Source of the DNA: an uncultured delta proteobacterium
GTDB taxonomy: Bacteria > Myxococcota_A > Polyangia > Polyangiales > Polyangiaceae
DNA: 64,000 nt
Direction: 5' to 3'
Assembly (NCBI GenBank): GCA_963782055.1
Contig: CAWAIF010000003.1
Span: 2,624,001 to 2,688,000 of the forward strand
In this document: piece by piece, positions 19,025 through 28,401 of the stretch
Position numbering within the stretch: the stretch's first letter is position 1
Layout: every line of letters starts with the position of its first letter
The notes under the pieces: generated by a model
The model's database searches: none
What the model saw: the letters and a program-made list of their open reading frames with translations, nothing else
Told to the model about the DNA's origin: nothing
Position numbers and translations under genes: made by a program

Positions 19025-19810
19025 CTACTTGATGATGGCCATGGTCTGCTGGTTGACCGCGCAGAGCTCTCCGCGCGGGGTGTAGAGCTCGCGCAGCTCG
19101 ACGAAGTAGCCCTGCTGGGAGCTCAGGAGGCGCGCGCGGTGGTAGAGCGGCTCGCCGAGCGACCAGGCGCGGTCGAACAGGTGCGCGGCGAAGGCGATGG
19201 TGCCGAAGGGACGCGGCGCGGTCACCAGCGGCAGCACGCTGGGGAACCAGCCGTCGATCAGCCCGATGAGGGCGATGGGACGCGGGACGTCGCCCGGCGC
19301 GCGCAGGCGCACCCAGCCCTCGACCGACGCCTCCGGCTCGCCGGCGAAGGGGACGCCGCGGATGACGCGGTACTCCAGGTGCTGCGTGAACACGGGGCCC
19401 ATCGGCAGCGCCGGCGCGGGGGGCACCTCGGCGAAGGGTGGCGGCGACGGAGGCGGTGCTCCCTCGCGGTCCAGGTCGACGGCGCGCGTCTTCCCGAAGG
19501 TGAGCACCGCGTGCGCGACGACCGCGCCGCCTTGCTCGACGCGCGCGGCGACCGTGGTGACGCCGCTGCCCGCGCGGAGCGTCTCGACGTGGACGGTCGC
19601 GTGGCCGACCATCACGGCGCCGGGGAGCTCGGCCGTGATGGTGCGCAGCGGTCGCTCGGCGGCGTCGAGGGTGGCGCCCGCCGCGCGCGCGAGCATCGCG
19701 AGGGTGAGGCCGCCGAAGGCCCCGCGCCCTTGCTGCCAGCCGTCGGGGACGTCCCACACGAGCGCGCTGCCGGGCCCCGGCCTGGTGCGGGTGACCTCGT
19801 CGAACGTCAT
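19025..19810 (-). CDS. Double hot-dog thioesterase family protein
   Basis: WQQGRGAFGGL, LRAGSGVTTV, FTQHLEYR, GLIDGWFP. Confidence 0.88.
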   Translation of the reverse strand: MTFDEVTRTRPGPGSALVWDVPDGWQQGRGAFGGLTLAMLARAAGATLDAAERPLRTITAELPGAVMVGHATVHVETLRAGSGVTTVAARVEQGGAVVAHAVLTFGKTRAVDLDREGAPPPSPPPFAEVPPAPALPMGPVFTQHLEYRVIRGVPFAGEPEASVEGWVRLRAPGDVPRPIALIGLIDGWFPSVLPLVTAPRPFGTIAFAAHLFDRAWSLGEPLYHRARLLSSQQGYFVELRELYTPRGELCAVNQQTMAIIK

Positions 19811-19931
19811 CGATCGAGAGCGATAGAGCCCCGGACGCGCGAAGTCCACTCCGCCGGGTCGCTCAGCCCCGTCCCTGCAACAGCGCTGGACGCCAGCGCC
19901 CGGACGAACCAACCTCCGGCATGGAGGGTTC

Positions 19932-21134
19932 ATGATTCGCCTTGCTTCCCTGGTGCTGGTCGCCGGCACCCTCGCAGCCGTACCGATCGTCGCCGGATGC
20001 AGCGGCGACGACACCGCCGCCACCCCCGACGCCGGACCCGACGCCGGCCGACGCGACGCGACGCCGGAGGCCGCCGCCGACGCCGCGGGGGACGCCGCCG
20101 ACGCCGGTCCGAACCCCTGCTTCCTGCCCGCCGTCGACTACTCCACTGGCAAGAACTCGGCGGCGGTCGCGGTCGCCGACCTGGATGGCGACAAGAAGCT
20201 CGACCTCATCGTCGCGAACGAGGGCGCCGACGATGTGAGCGTCCTGCTGGGCAACGGCGACGGCACCTTCCAGACCGCCAAGGCGTACGCGACCGGCTCC
20301 GGGCCCGCGGGGGTCATCCTCGCGGAGTTCGATGTCGGCGGCGCGATGGACGTCGCCACCGCCGACGGAGACGGCGGCGTGAGCGTCCTTCTGGGCAACG
20401 GCGACGGCACGTTGCAGGGCGCCCAGAGCTTCGGCGCGGGCTCCATGCCCGCCGCCCTGGTGAGCGGCCACTTCGACGGCGACGCGACGCTGGATCTCGC
20501 GGTGGCGAACGGCGCGGGCAGCGACGTGAGCGTGCTCACCGGGAAGGGCGACGGCACGTTCCAGCCCCCTGTGAGCTCGGCCGCCGGCACCAAGCCGCTC
20601 GCCATCGCCACCGCCGACTTCGACGGCGACAAGAAGGCGGACATCGCCGTGGCGAACACCGACGCGATGGTGAGCGTCCTGCTGGGCAACGGGGACGGGA
20701 CCTTCAAGGCCCCCGCCGGGGTCCAGGCGGGCCTCGGGCCGCTCACGCTCGTGGCGGCCGACCTGAACGCCGACGGCCACGCCGATCTCGCCGTGGGAAA
20801 CGGTGGCAGCCAGAACGTGAGCATCCTGCTGGGCAATGGCGACGGCACCTTCCAGCCGGCGGTCAACTACGTCACGGGGACGATGCCGCAGGGGATCATC
20901 GCCGAGGACCTGGACGGCGACGGCAAGGTGGACCTCGTGGTGGCCGGGGGACTGGACACCGTCGGCGTCTTGCTCGGCCACGGCGACGGCACGTTCGGCG
21001 ACGTGGCCTTCGCGCACGCCGGGAGCTTGCCTTCCGAACTGGCCGCCGGGGACTTCGACGGCGACGGCAAGCCGGACCTGGCGATCGCGAGCTACGGCAA
21101 CGGCCGGGTGTCTGTGCTGCTGCAGTGCCCGTGA
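19932..21134 (+). CDS. FG-GAP/VCBS repeat lipoprotein
   Basis: VAGC lipobox; about seven ADxDGDxxxDL...VSVLLGNGDGTF repeats. Confidence 0.92.
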   Translation: MIRLASLVLVAGTLAAVPIVAGCSGDDTAATPDAGPDAGRRDATPEAAADAAGDAADAGPNPCFLPAVDYSTGKNSAAVAVADLDGDKKLDLIVANEGADDVSVLLGNGDGTFQTAKAYATGSGPAGVILAEFDVGGAMDVATADGDGGVSVLLGNGDGTLQGAQSFGAGSMPAALVSGHFDGDATLDLAVANGAGSDVSVLTGKGDGTFQPPVSSAAGTKPLAIATADFDGDKKADIAVANTDAMVSVLLGNGDGTFKAPAGVQAGLGPLTLVAADLNADGHADLAVGNGGSQNVSILLGNGDGTFQPAVNYVTGTMPQGIIAEDLDGDGKVDLVVAGGLDTVGVLLGHGDGTFGDVAFAHAGSLPSELAAGDFDGDGKPDLAIASYGNGRVSVLLQCP

Positions 21135-21800
21135 TCAGGCGGCGCCCGGGTCGCCGGGCGCGAGGCTCGTCGCGCCACGCGCCGCGCCCGCGTCGAAGCG
21201 CACGAAGGCGTCCCCGAGCCGCCGTGCCTCCGCCGCGTCGTGCGTCACGAAGAGCACGACCGCGCTGCGCCTCGCCGCCTCCCGCTTGATCGCGTCGCCC
21301 AGGCGCACGCGCTCGTCCTCGTGAAGCGCGGACAGCGGCTCGTCCAGCAGGAGCACGTCCGGGCGGTGCACCACCGCGCGGGCGATCGCCAGCCGCTGTC
21401 GCTCGCCGCCGGAGAGGCGCGCCGGCCGCCGCCCCGCGAGGTGGGTGAGGCCCAGCTCCCCCAGGACCTCGTGCACGCGCTCGGGCCCGGCGAAGGGCGT
21501 CAGGTGGTCGCGCACCGTGCGATGCGGCCAGAGCGCGGCGTCCTGCGGCGCGTAGCCGAAGCGCCGCGCCTCCGGGCGCACGAAGGTCTGCTGGCCGTCG
21601 TCGAGGAGCGCGCCGCCGAAGCGCACGATGCCCTCGTCCGGGCGCACCAGACCCAGCACGACGCGCAGCAGCAGGGTCTTGCCGCTGGCCGACGGGCCGA
21701 ACAGGACGGTGGTGCCCGGGCCAGCGTCGAAGCGGGCGTCCAGCCGCAGCGCGCCCGCCTGCGCGCGCGCGTCCACGTGGAGCAGGGGGGGAGCGCTCAA
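21135..21800 (-). CDS. modC: Molybdate ABC transporter ATP-binding protein
   Basis: GPSASGKT, LSGGERQR, LLLDEP; TTG start overlapping the modB stop. Confidence 0.85.
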   Translation of the reverse strand: MSAPPLLHVDARAQAGALRLDARFDAGPGTTVLFGPSASGKTLLLRVVLGLVRPDEGIVRFGGALLDDGQQTFVRPEARRFGYAPQDAALWPHRTVRDHLTPFAGPERVHEVLGELGLTHLAGRRPARLSGGERQRLAIARAVVHRPDVLLLDEPLSALHEDERVRLGDAIKREAARRSAVVLFVTHDAAEARRLGDAFVRFDAGAARGATSLAPGDPGAA

Positions 21801-22456
21801 TGCGCGCCCCCCGAGCGGCGGCTCCAGGCGCGGAGCAGCAGCGCGGCGATCGCCGAGAAGCCGCACAGCGCCAGGGCGATGTGGGTGGCGCGCTCGTCGT
21901 CGCCGAGCTGCATGGCGAAGTAGACCTCCAGCGGCGCCGTGCCGGTCACGCCGGGCACGTAGCCGGCGAAGGTGAGGGTGGCCCCGAACTCGCCGAGGGC
22001 GCGCAGCGCGGCGAGCGTCACCGCGACGCCCAGGCCGGGCAGCGCGAGCGGCAGCGTCACCAGGCCGAAGGTGCGCGCCCGCGACAGGCCGTTGGCGCGC
22101 GCCACGTCCTCCAGCGAGCCGTCGACGCGGGAGAACGCGGCCTCCGCGCCCTTGGCCATGAGCGGCAGCGCCACCGCCGCGGCGGCCACGGCGGCGCCGG
22201 TGGTGGTGAAGACGAGGCGGAGCCCGGCGATGCGATCGAGCAGCAATCCGACGGGCCCGTTGCGACCGAGCGAGAGGAGGAGCACGTACCCGGTGACCGA
22301 CGGCGGCAAGACCAGCGGCACCAGCACCAGCACGTCGACGACCGCGCGGACCGGGCCCTTGCCGCGCGCCAGGTACAGCCCGAGCAGTCCGCCGGCGGGC
22401 ACCACCATGAGCAGCGCGAGGGCGACGACGCGCGCGGAGACGAGGAGAGAGTTCAC
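21797..22456 (-). CDS. modB: Molybdate ABC transporter permease
   Basis: PLVLPPSVTGY and RALGEFGAT motifs; GTGA overlap with modA. Confidence 0.92.
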   Translation of the reverse strand: MNSLLVSARVVALALLMVVPAGGLLGLYLARGKGPVRAVVDVLVLVPLVLPPSVTGYVLLLSLGRNGPVGLLLDRIAGLRLVFTTTGAAVAAAAVALPLMAKGAEAAFSRVDGSLEDVARANGLSRARTFGLVTLPLALPGLGVAVTLAALRALGEFGATLTFAGYVPGVTGTAPLEVYFAMQLGDDERATHIALALCGFSAIAALLLRAWSRRSGGAH

Positions 22457-23187
22457 GGCGCGAGGAATCCGTGGTCGAGCATCGCCTCGCGCCCCTCCGC
22501 GCCGCAAAGGTACGCGGCGAGCTCCTTCGCGTCGCGCGCCGCGCCGCGCGCGACGTAGAGCGGGTAGGCGATGTGCGGCATCGCGGCCACTGGCGGCGGG
22601 CCGACCAGGACGACGCCCGGGCGCGTCTTCACGTCGGTGGCGTAGACGACGCCGACGTCCGCCTCTCCGCGCGCCACCAGGTCGAGGACCTGCCGCACGT
22701 TGGCGCCGCGCACCAGCTTCGGCCTCAGGGCGTCGAGCTCGCCCAGCCTGCGGAGCGCCTCCTCGGCGTAGACGCCGGCCGGCACCTGCGGCGTCAGCCC
22801 GATCGCCACGCGCGTGACCGCCGTATCCGTCGCCAGGTGCTCCCACGTCACTCCGGCGAGCGCATCGTCGGGCCGGCGGATCAGCACGACCGTGTTGGTC
22901 ACCATCGTGCACTCGGTGTCGGCCTTGCCGTCCAGCGCGTCCTCGGTGCCCGCGCTCGCCAGCAGGTCCACCGGCGCCCCGCGCGCCATGCGCGTCGCGA
23001 GCTCTCCGCTGGCGCCGTACGTGGTGACGACGTGGACCTCCGGGTGCTCCTTGGCGTAGCGCGTCGCCGCCTCGTCCACCGACTCCTTCAGGCTGATCGC
23101 CGCCGCCAGGTCCACCTCGCGCGGGGCCGGCCGGCCCTTGCACCCGCACGCCAGCGCGGCGAGCGCGAGCGCGACGTGCGCCCTCAT
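22453..23187 (-). CDS. modA: Molybdate ABC transporter substrate-binding lipoprotein
   Basis: AAISL, YGASGEL, VPAGVYA, NVRQVL, VVYATD. Confidence 0.92.
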   Translation of the reverse strand: MRAHVALALAALACGCKGRPAPREVDLAAAISLKESVDEAATRYAKEHPEVHVVTTYGASGELATRMARGAPVDLLASAGTEDALDGKADTECTMVTNTVVLIRRPDDALAGVTWEHLATDTAVTRVAIGLTPQVPAGVYAEEALRRLGELDALRPKLVRGANVRQVLDLVARGEADVGVVYATDVKTRPGVVLVGPPPVAAMPHIAYPLYVARGAARDAKELAAYLCGAEGREAMLDHGFLAP

Positions 23188-23630
23188 GGCGTGTCTTCCG
23201 GGTGATCGCCGCAGCGCGCGTCCTGCCAGCCGACCCAGTACGCGCCGTCGGGCCCGTGCTCGCGCTTCCAGATGGGGACGCGATGCTTGATGCCGTCAAT
23301 CAGCGCGCGGCACGCGGCGAAGGCCTCCGCACGGTGCGGGGCGCTCGCCGCGCACACCACCGCGACGTCGCCCACCGCGAGCGATCCCACGCGGTGCAGC
23401 GCGGCGACGCGCACGCCGGGCATGGCCGCCTCGATCTCCTCCGCGACGCGCCGCATCTCGGCCAGCGCCATGCTGCCGTAAGCCTGGTACTCGAGGCGCG
23501 CCACCGGGCGCCCGTCGTTGTGGTCACGGACCACGCCGAGGAAGACGTCCACGCCGCCCGCCTCGGGTCGCGCGACCGCCGCCGTCGCCCCGGCGACGTC
23601 CAGCGGGCCCTCGCGCAGGTCGATCAGCAT
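23184..23630 (-). CDS. moaE: Molybdopterin synthase catalytic subunit
   Basis: FLGVVRDHN, LEYQAY, HRVGSL, HRAEAF, VPIWKRE. Confidence 0.94.
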   Translation of the reverse strand: MLIDLREGPLDVAGATAAVARPEAGGVDVFLGVVRDHNDGRPVARLEYQAYGSMALAEMRRVAEEIEAAMPGVRVAALHRVGSLAVGDVAVVCAASAPHRAEAFAACRALIDGIKHRVPIWKREHGPDGAYWVGWQDARCGDHPEDTP

Positions 23631-23642
23631 GGGCGGGTTCTA

Positions 23643-24797
23643 TCACGGCTCCAGCGCGTCCTCTGCGCCGGCCGGCGCCACCAGGCTGTCGGCCAGGAAG
23701 AGGAGGCCGGTGAAGTCCTCGATCGCGCCCTCGAGCTGGGGCGTGGCCACCGCGTCCCCGCCGCGGGCGCGCAGCTCGGCCAGGAGCTTGCGGTCGCGGT
23801 CGGCGAGCTTGCGCTCCTCGTTGGCGATGGCGATCAGCTTGGCGAGGGCGCTCCGCTGCACCGGCGTCGCGTGGAGCCCGAGGTCGATGCTCTCCGGCGC
23901 GCGCAGGCCGCGTGTGTACGCCCAGCTCCGGTTGAGGATGTGGCCGGCGAAGGGCAGGCGCATGTCGACGAGCTTCTCGTGGAGGAAGGCCCCCTCGATC
24001 ATCGCGGAGGGGTCCGGGCTGGTGACGACGAGGAAGGCGGACGCGTCGGACATGAGGAGTTGCCGCACCGCCTCGGAGTGCGCGCGCATCGAGGAGAACA
24101 TGCCGGAGAAGGCGCCGAGGAAGCCCTGGATCTCCTCGAAGAAGCCCTCCCCGAAGACGCGGCCGAAGATGCCGGTCACCAGCCCGCGCGCGCGGTTCCA
24201 GAACATACCGCCGCCGCCGCCACCGTGGGGCAGGAAGACGCCGATGATCTTGTCGTCGAGGAAGAGCGCGAGCTTGCGCGGCGCCTCCAGGAACTCGAGC
24301 GCGTTGCGCGAGGGCGGCGTGTCCAGCACCACCAGGTCGTACTCGCCGCTCTCGACGAAGGTGTAGAGCGCCTCGGCCGCGGTGTACTCCTGCATGCCGG
24401 CGACGAGGCCGGAGAGCGCGCGGTAGATGCGGTTCTCCAGGATGGCGTTGGCGCGCTCCTCGCTCTCGGCGAGGCGCCGCACCATGGACTCGAAGACGAC
24501 GCGCGGGTCGAGCATCCAGGCGGCGAGCTTGCCGGTGGCGCCCGCCTCGTGCAGGCGGGGGTCGGTGACGGGCGCCGGGGCGCGACCGCTCTCCGGGATG
24601 CCCATCGCCTCGGCGAGGCGGCGCGCGGGATCGATGGTGAGCACGAGCACCCGCCGCCCGAGCGTCGCCGCCGCGATGCCCAGGGCTGCCGCCGTCGTGG
24701 TCTTGCCCACGCCGCCTGCGCCGCAGCACACCACCACGCGCTTCTCGCGCAGCAGCGCGGCGAGGTACGGCGGGGCGTTGGGGCGGCGGTCGCTCAC
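23643..24797 (-). CDS. ArsA/Get3-family ATPase, subunit lacking the signature Lys
   Basis: CCGAGGVGKTT, TIDPARRLA, GMQEY, DTPP. Confidence 0.9.
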   Translation of the reverse strand: MSDRRPNAPPYLAALLREKRVVVCCGAGGVGKTTTAAALGIAAATLGRRVLVLTIDPARRLAEAMGIPESGRAPAPVTDPRLHEAGATGKLAAWMLDPRVVFESMVRRLAESEERANAILENRIYRALSGLVAGMQEYTAAEALYTFVESGEYDLVVLDTPPSRNALEFLEAPRKLALFLDDKIIGVFLPHGGGGGGMFWNRARGLVTGIFGRVFGEGFFEEIQGFLGAFSGMFSSMRAHSEAVRQLLMSDASAFLVVTSPDPSAMIEGAFLHEKLVDMRLPFAGHILNRSWAYTRGLRAPESIDLGLHATPVQRSALAKLIAIANEERKLADRDRKLLAELRARGGDAVATPQLEGAIEDFTGLLFLADSLVAPAGAEDALEP

Positions 24798-25705
24798 GCC
24801 GGACCTCCCAGCAGGGCGGCGGCGACCTCTCTCGAGACGTCACCGCGCTCCCCCATCTCGGGCACGGTGCGTACGTCCAGGCCGTGCTCGTCGCGCAGGC
24901 GGACGACGGCGTGGCGGGCGTGGTCGATGCGAGGCAGCCGGCGCGCACCCAGCATGCGCACCTTGTCCTGCACCAGCGCGTCGATCGCCGCGCGCTCGTC
25001 GACGGTGAAGGGGTCGTGCGGGACGCGGTTGAGGACGATCTGCGAGAACGGAATGCGGTGGGTGTGGATGTGCAACACCAGCTCGATGGCCTCGCTCACC
25101 GGCAGGATCTCCGGGAGCGTCACGACCACGCTCGTCGTCTTCGCAGGGTCCCGCAGGAGCTTCAGTCCCTCCTGCACGGCGTCGTGGATGGGGCCGGAGT
25201 GGATGACGTCGACGATCGCGTCGGGGATCTGCGCGAGCCCCAGCGCGTGGCCGGTCGCCGGGAGGTCGACCACCATCACCTCGTGCTCGACCTCCCCGTC
25301 GCTGCGCGTACGGCGGAGCAGGTCCAGCATGCGATAGAGGATCCCCATCTCGGCGAGGGTCGGGGCGGCGAGGAGGAAGCGGCGCACCGCGGCCGCCTTC
25401 ATCGCGGCGTCGGCGAGCATGCGCATGGGGAGCGTGTCGCGGAGGAAGCTGAGGTGTCCCGCGTGGGGCGTGAGCATCACGCCCTGGAGGTTGGGCGCCA
25501 GGCTCTGCGGCTCCTCCGCGAAGAGGGTGGTGCCCAGGGCGCGCGCGAGCGGCGAGGTGGACTGGGGCTCGAAGCTCACCTCCGCGGCGAGCACCCGCTT
25601 CCCCGCCTCGGCCGCGGCGCGCGCCAGCCCCGCCGCGACCGTGGTCTTGCCCACGCCGCCCTTGCCGGTGACCAGGATCGCTCGGCGGGTGAAGAGATGG
25701 TGCAC
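24794..25705 (-). CDS. ArsA/Get3-family ATPase, partner subunit
   Basis: VTGKGGVGKTT, DLPATGH, VTLPEILPVSE; start GTG 25705 approximate. Confidence 0.88.
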   Translation of the reverse strand: MHHLFTRRAILVTGKGGVGKTTVAAGLARAAAEAGKRVLAAEVSFEPQSTSPLARALGTTLFAEEPQSLAPNLQGVMLTPHAGHLSFLRDTLPMRMLADAAMKAAAVRRFLLAAPTLAEMGILYRMLDLLRRTRSDGEVEHEVMVVDLPATGHALGLAQIPDAIVDVIHSGPIHDAVQEGLKLLRDPAKTTSVVVTLPEILPVSEAIELVLHIHTHRIPFSQIVLNRVPHDPFTVDERAAIDALVQDKVRMLGARRLPRIDHARHAVVRLRDEHGLDVRTVPEMGERGDVSREVAAALLGGPA

Positions 25706-25764
25706 GGGGTGTGAAGGGTCACCATACCATCCCGCCTCGAGCTTTCCGAACGTGCGGGCCCGCT

Positions 25765-26361
25765 TCACTTCGAGGTGCCGCCGCCGGCGTATGCGCGGTC
25801 GAGCGCGGCCTGGTGCCGCTCCCTGTGCGCTTGCGCTCGGCGCGCGCGATCCCTGCCCTTGAGGACCCAGAAGCCATACTCGGTGAGCCTGTCGAGCGTC
25901 GCCTCGTCGCCGAAGCCGAGCCGGATGCGCATGCAGAGCGCCTCGATGTGCCGGCGTGCGCTGGCGCACCGCCGCGGATCGGGCCAGCGACGCTCCCCCG
26001 GCGCAAGCGCGCCGTCGAGCGCCAACCCGACGTGCCCCACCAGCACCAGCCCGTAGTACGCCCTCCGCACCCGCCGGCGCCCCTCCGGCGTGAGCGCCAC
26101 GATGCAGTCGCGCCCGTCCCGCCGCCGCGTCACGAGCCCCAGCTGCTCCAGCGACCGCATCATCCGGCTGATCGTCGACCGCGCGACGCCCAGCGCCCGC
26201 CGGAGCTGACTCTGCAGATGGATGCTCCGCGTCCCCAGCTTGTAGAGCGCATCGAGCAGATCGAACCGCGCCGCCGTGAGCCCCATCGCAGCCAGCGCCC
26301 GCCGCGTGAGCCGGAGCGTCGCGTAGTAAGCCCGCTTGATCGTGAAGAACACAGGGTCCAT
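25765..26361 (-). CDS. MarR-family winged-helix regulator
   Basis: GLTAARFDLL...QSQLRRALGVARSTISRMMRSLEQLGLVTR...VALTPEG. Confidence 0.88.
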   Translation of the reverse strand: MDPVFFTIKRAYYATLRLTRRALAAMGLTAARFDLLDALYKLGTRSIHLQSQLRRALGVARSTISRMMRSLEQLGLVTRRRDGRDCIVALTPEGRRRVRRAYYGLVLVGHVGLALDGALAPGERRWPDPRRCASARRHIEALCMRIRLGFGDEATLDRLTEYGFWVLKGRDRARRAQAHRERHQAALDRAYAGGGTSK

Positions 26362-26373
26362 CCCCCCTCCCAC

Positions 26374-26389
26374 AGCACCCCCCGTGCCA
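26374..26389 (-). promoter_or_regulatory. Putative sigma54 (-24/-12) promoter of the MarR gene
   Basis: Minus strand TGGCACGGGGGGTGCT with the correct GG-N10-GC spacing. Confidence 0.5.
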
Positions 26390-26496
26390 CCCCCCCCTCT
26401 CCGCAGATTCCCGCTGAAACGTCGAACGGCGAGCGTGCTTGCAATTCGACGCTGGGTGTCCCGGGACAGGAGGAGGGGACGGGGGGGACAGGCGGC

Positions 26497-26656
26497 GCGG
26501 GGGCGTGAGCCGGGGTCGGAGGGACAAAGCGGGGGCGTGAGCCGGGGTCGGAGGGACGGGGCGGGGGCGTGAGCCGGGGTCGGAGGGACAAGGCGGGGGC
26601 GTGAGCCGGGGTCGGAGGGACGGGGCGGGGGCGTGAGCCGGGGTCGGAGGGACGGA
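26497..26656. repeat. Intergenic tandem repeat, 5 x 32 bp
   Basis: Invariant GCGGGGGCGTGAGCCGGGGTCGGAGGGAC followed by 3 variable nt (AAA, GGG, AAG, GGG, GGA). Confidence 0.95.
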
Positions 26657-26665
26657 GCGCGTGGG

Positions 26666-27154
26666 TCAGCGGGCGGGCCGCTGGTAGTGCCCGGACTTGC
26701 CGCCCGACTTCTCCAGAAGCGAGACCTCGAAGGTGATCGCGCGGTCCACCGCCTTGAGCATGTCGTAGACGGTGAGGGCCGCGGCGGAGGCGGCGACCAT
26801 GGCCTCCATCTCGACGCCCGTGCGGTCGCGCGCCTCGGCGGTCGCCGTGACACGCAGCACGCCCGCCTTCCACGCGAAGTCGACGGTGACCCTGGTGAGC
26901 GCGAGGGTGTGACAGAGCGGGATCCAGTCCGGCGTTCGCTTCGCCGCCTGGATCCCCGCGATGCGCGCGGTCGCCAGCACGTCCCCCTTCGCGACGGAGC
27001 CCCCGCGGATCTGCGCGGCGGCCTCGCGCGTCATCCGCACCTCCGCCCGCGCGACCGCGACGCGGTGCGTGATCGCCTTGTCCCCCACGTCCACCATGCG
27101 CGCCTCCCCGCGAGAGGAGACGTGGCTCAGGGTCTTCTTGCGGGCGGCCGTCAC
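26666..27154 (-). CDS. moaC: Cyclic pyranopterin monophosphate synthase
   Basis: ARMVDV, KGDVL, IPLCH, TGVEMEA, YDMLKAVD, KSGGKSG. Confidence 0.95.
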   Translation of the reverse strand: MTAARKKTLSHVSSRGEARMVDVGDKAITHRVAVARAEVRMTREAAAQIRGGSVAKGDVLATARIAGIQAAKRTPDWIPLCHTLALTRVTVDFAWKAGVLRVTATAEARDRTGVEMEAMVAASAAALTVYDMLKAVDRAITFEVSLLEKSGGKSGHYQRPAR

Positions 27155-28353
27155 AGCCCCAGCTCCGTGAAGGGGATGACGTCCACCACCGCGCCCGAGG
27201 GAAGCGACGCCGCGTCGGCGGGGAGGAGCGCGAAGGCGTCGGCGCGCGCGATCCCCAGCGCCGAGCCGCTCGCCTGGTGCGGCGATAGTTTCGCCTGCCA
27301 ATCATCTCCCTCGCGCACCAGGGTGGCGCGCGCGAACTCCAGCCGTCCCGGGGTGCGCGTCACGCCGTCTGCCAGGCGCGCGCGCAGGACCGAGGGCAGG
27401 GGACGCGCGTCGCCCTGCAGCGCGCGCAGGACCGGTACGCCGAAGAGGGAGAAGGTGACCATGGCGGAGGCCGGGTTGCCCGGGAGCCCGAGGGTCACCG
27501 TCTCGCCGCGGGTGCCCACGGCCAGCGGCTTGCCCGGCTTGATGGCCACGCGCCAGAAGTCCAGCGTCACTCCGTTCGCCTCCAGCGCGGGGCGGACGTG
27601 ATCGTGCACGCCGACGCTGACGCCGCCAATGGTGACCAGGACGTCGCAACCCTCGAGCGCGCTCGCCACCGCCTCGCGCGTCGTGTCCGCGTCGTCCTTC
27701 GCGGGGCGGCGTACCTCCACGATGGCGCCCGCGCGACGGGCGATGGCGGCGATGGCGATGGTGTTGGACTCCGGGATGGTGCCGGGCTCGCCGGGCCCGC
27801 CCGGATCGCGCAGCTCGCTCCCGGTCGCGAGCACGGTGACCCGCGGCGCGCCGCCGACCAGCGCGCTCGTCGCGTCCAGGCTGGCGAGCACGCTGAGAGC
27901 GCCTGGACCCAGGCGCGTGCCCCTCCGCAGCGCCACGTCACCCTTGCGCAGGTCGTCGCCGGCGTGACGAACGCACGCCCTCGGGTGAGCGGCGGCGACG
28001 AAGGTCACGTCCTCGCCGTCGCGCGTCGCCTCCTCCTGCGGGATCACCGTGTCGGCGCCGGCGGGCACCGGGGCGCCCGTGAAGATGCGCATCGCCGTGC
28101 CTTCACGCAGCGGCGGCGGCACCTCCCCGGTGCGGCTCTCCCCCACGACGGGCATCGCCTTGCCGCCGACGACCTCCGCGGCGCGCACCGCGTAGCCGTC
28201 CATCGTGCTCGCGTCGAAGGCCGGCACGTTCGCGGGCGCCACGGCGTCCTCGGCGAGCACGCGCCAGGCGGCGTCGGCCAGCGCCACGCGCTCGGACTGC
28301 AGCGGGCGCGCGAGGGCGAGCAGCCGCGCGCGCGCTTCGTCGAAGGGCAGCAT
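27151..28353 (-). CDS. moeA: Molybdopterin molybdotransferase
   Basis: STMDGYA, IFTGAPVPAGADTV, TGSEL, GGVSVG, IKPGKP, LPGNP. Confidence 0.95.
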   Translation of the reverse strand: MLPFDEARARLLALARPLQSERVALADAAWRVLAEDAVAPANVPAFDASTMDGYAVRAAEVVGGKAMPVVGESRTGEVPPPLREGTAMRIFTGAPVPAGADTVIPQEEATRDGEDVTFVAAAHPRACVRHAGDDLRKGDVALRRGTRLGPGALSVLASLDATSALVGGAPRVTVLATGSELRDPGGPGEPGTIPESNTIAIAAIARRAGAIVEVRRPAKDDADTTREAVASALEGCDVLVTIGGVSVGVHDHVRPALEANGVTLDFWRVAIKPGKPLAVGTRGETVTLGLPGNPASAMVTFSLFGVPVLRALQGDARPLPSVLRARLADGVTRTPGRLEFARATLVREGDDWQAKLSPHQASGSALGIARADAFALLPADAASLPSGAVVDVIPFTELGL

Positions 28354-28401
28354 GGCCGTTACGGTAGCCGACGGCGCGCCCGGATCCTATGCTCGGCGCG
28401 C

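Noticed and set aside
19871..19882. TGTTGCAGGGAC on the minus strand, matching 14039-14050, as a third ECF promoter
   Set aside because: Lacks both the TGATCA element and the GGACA core
23643..25705. Arsenic resistance operon
   Set aside because: No arsB, acr3, arsC, arsD or arsR; motifs fit the paired Get3-like clade
26497..26656. 32-bp periodic repeat as a CRISPR array
   Set aside because: Only 3 variable nt between copies, so no spacers; no cas genes in the window
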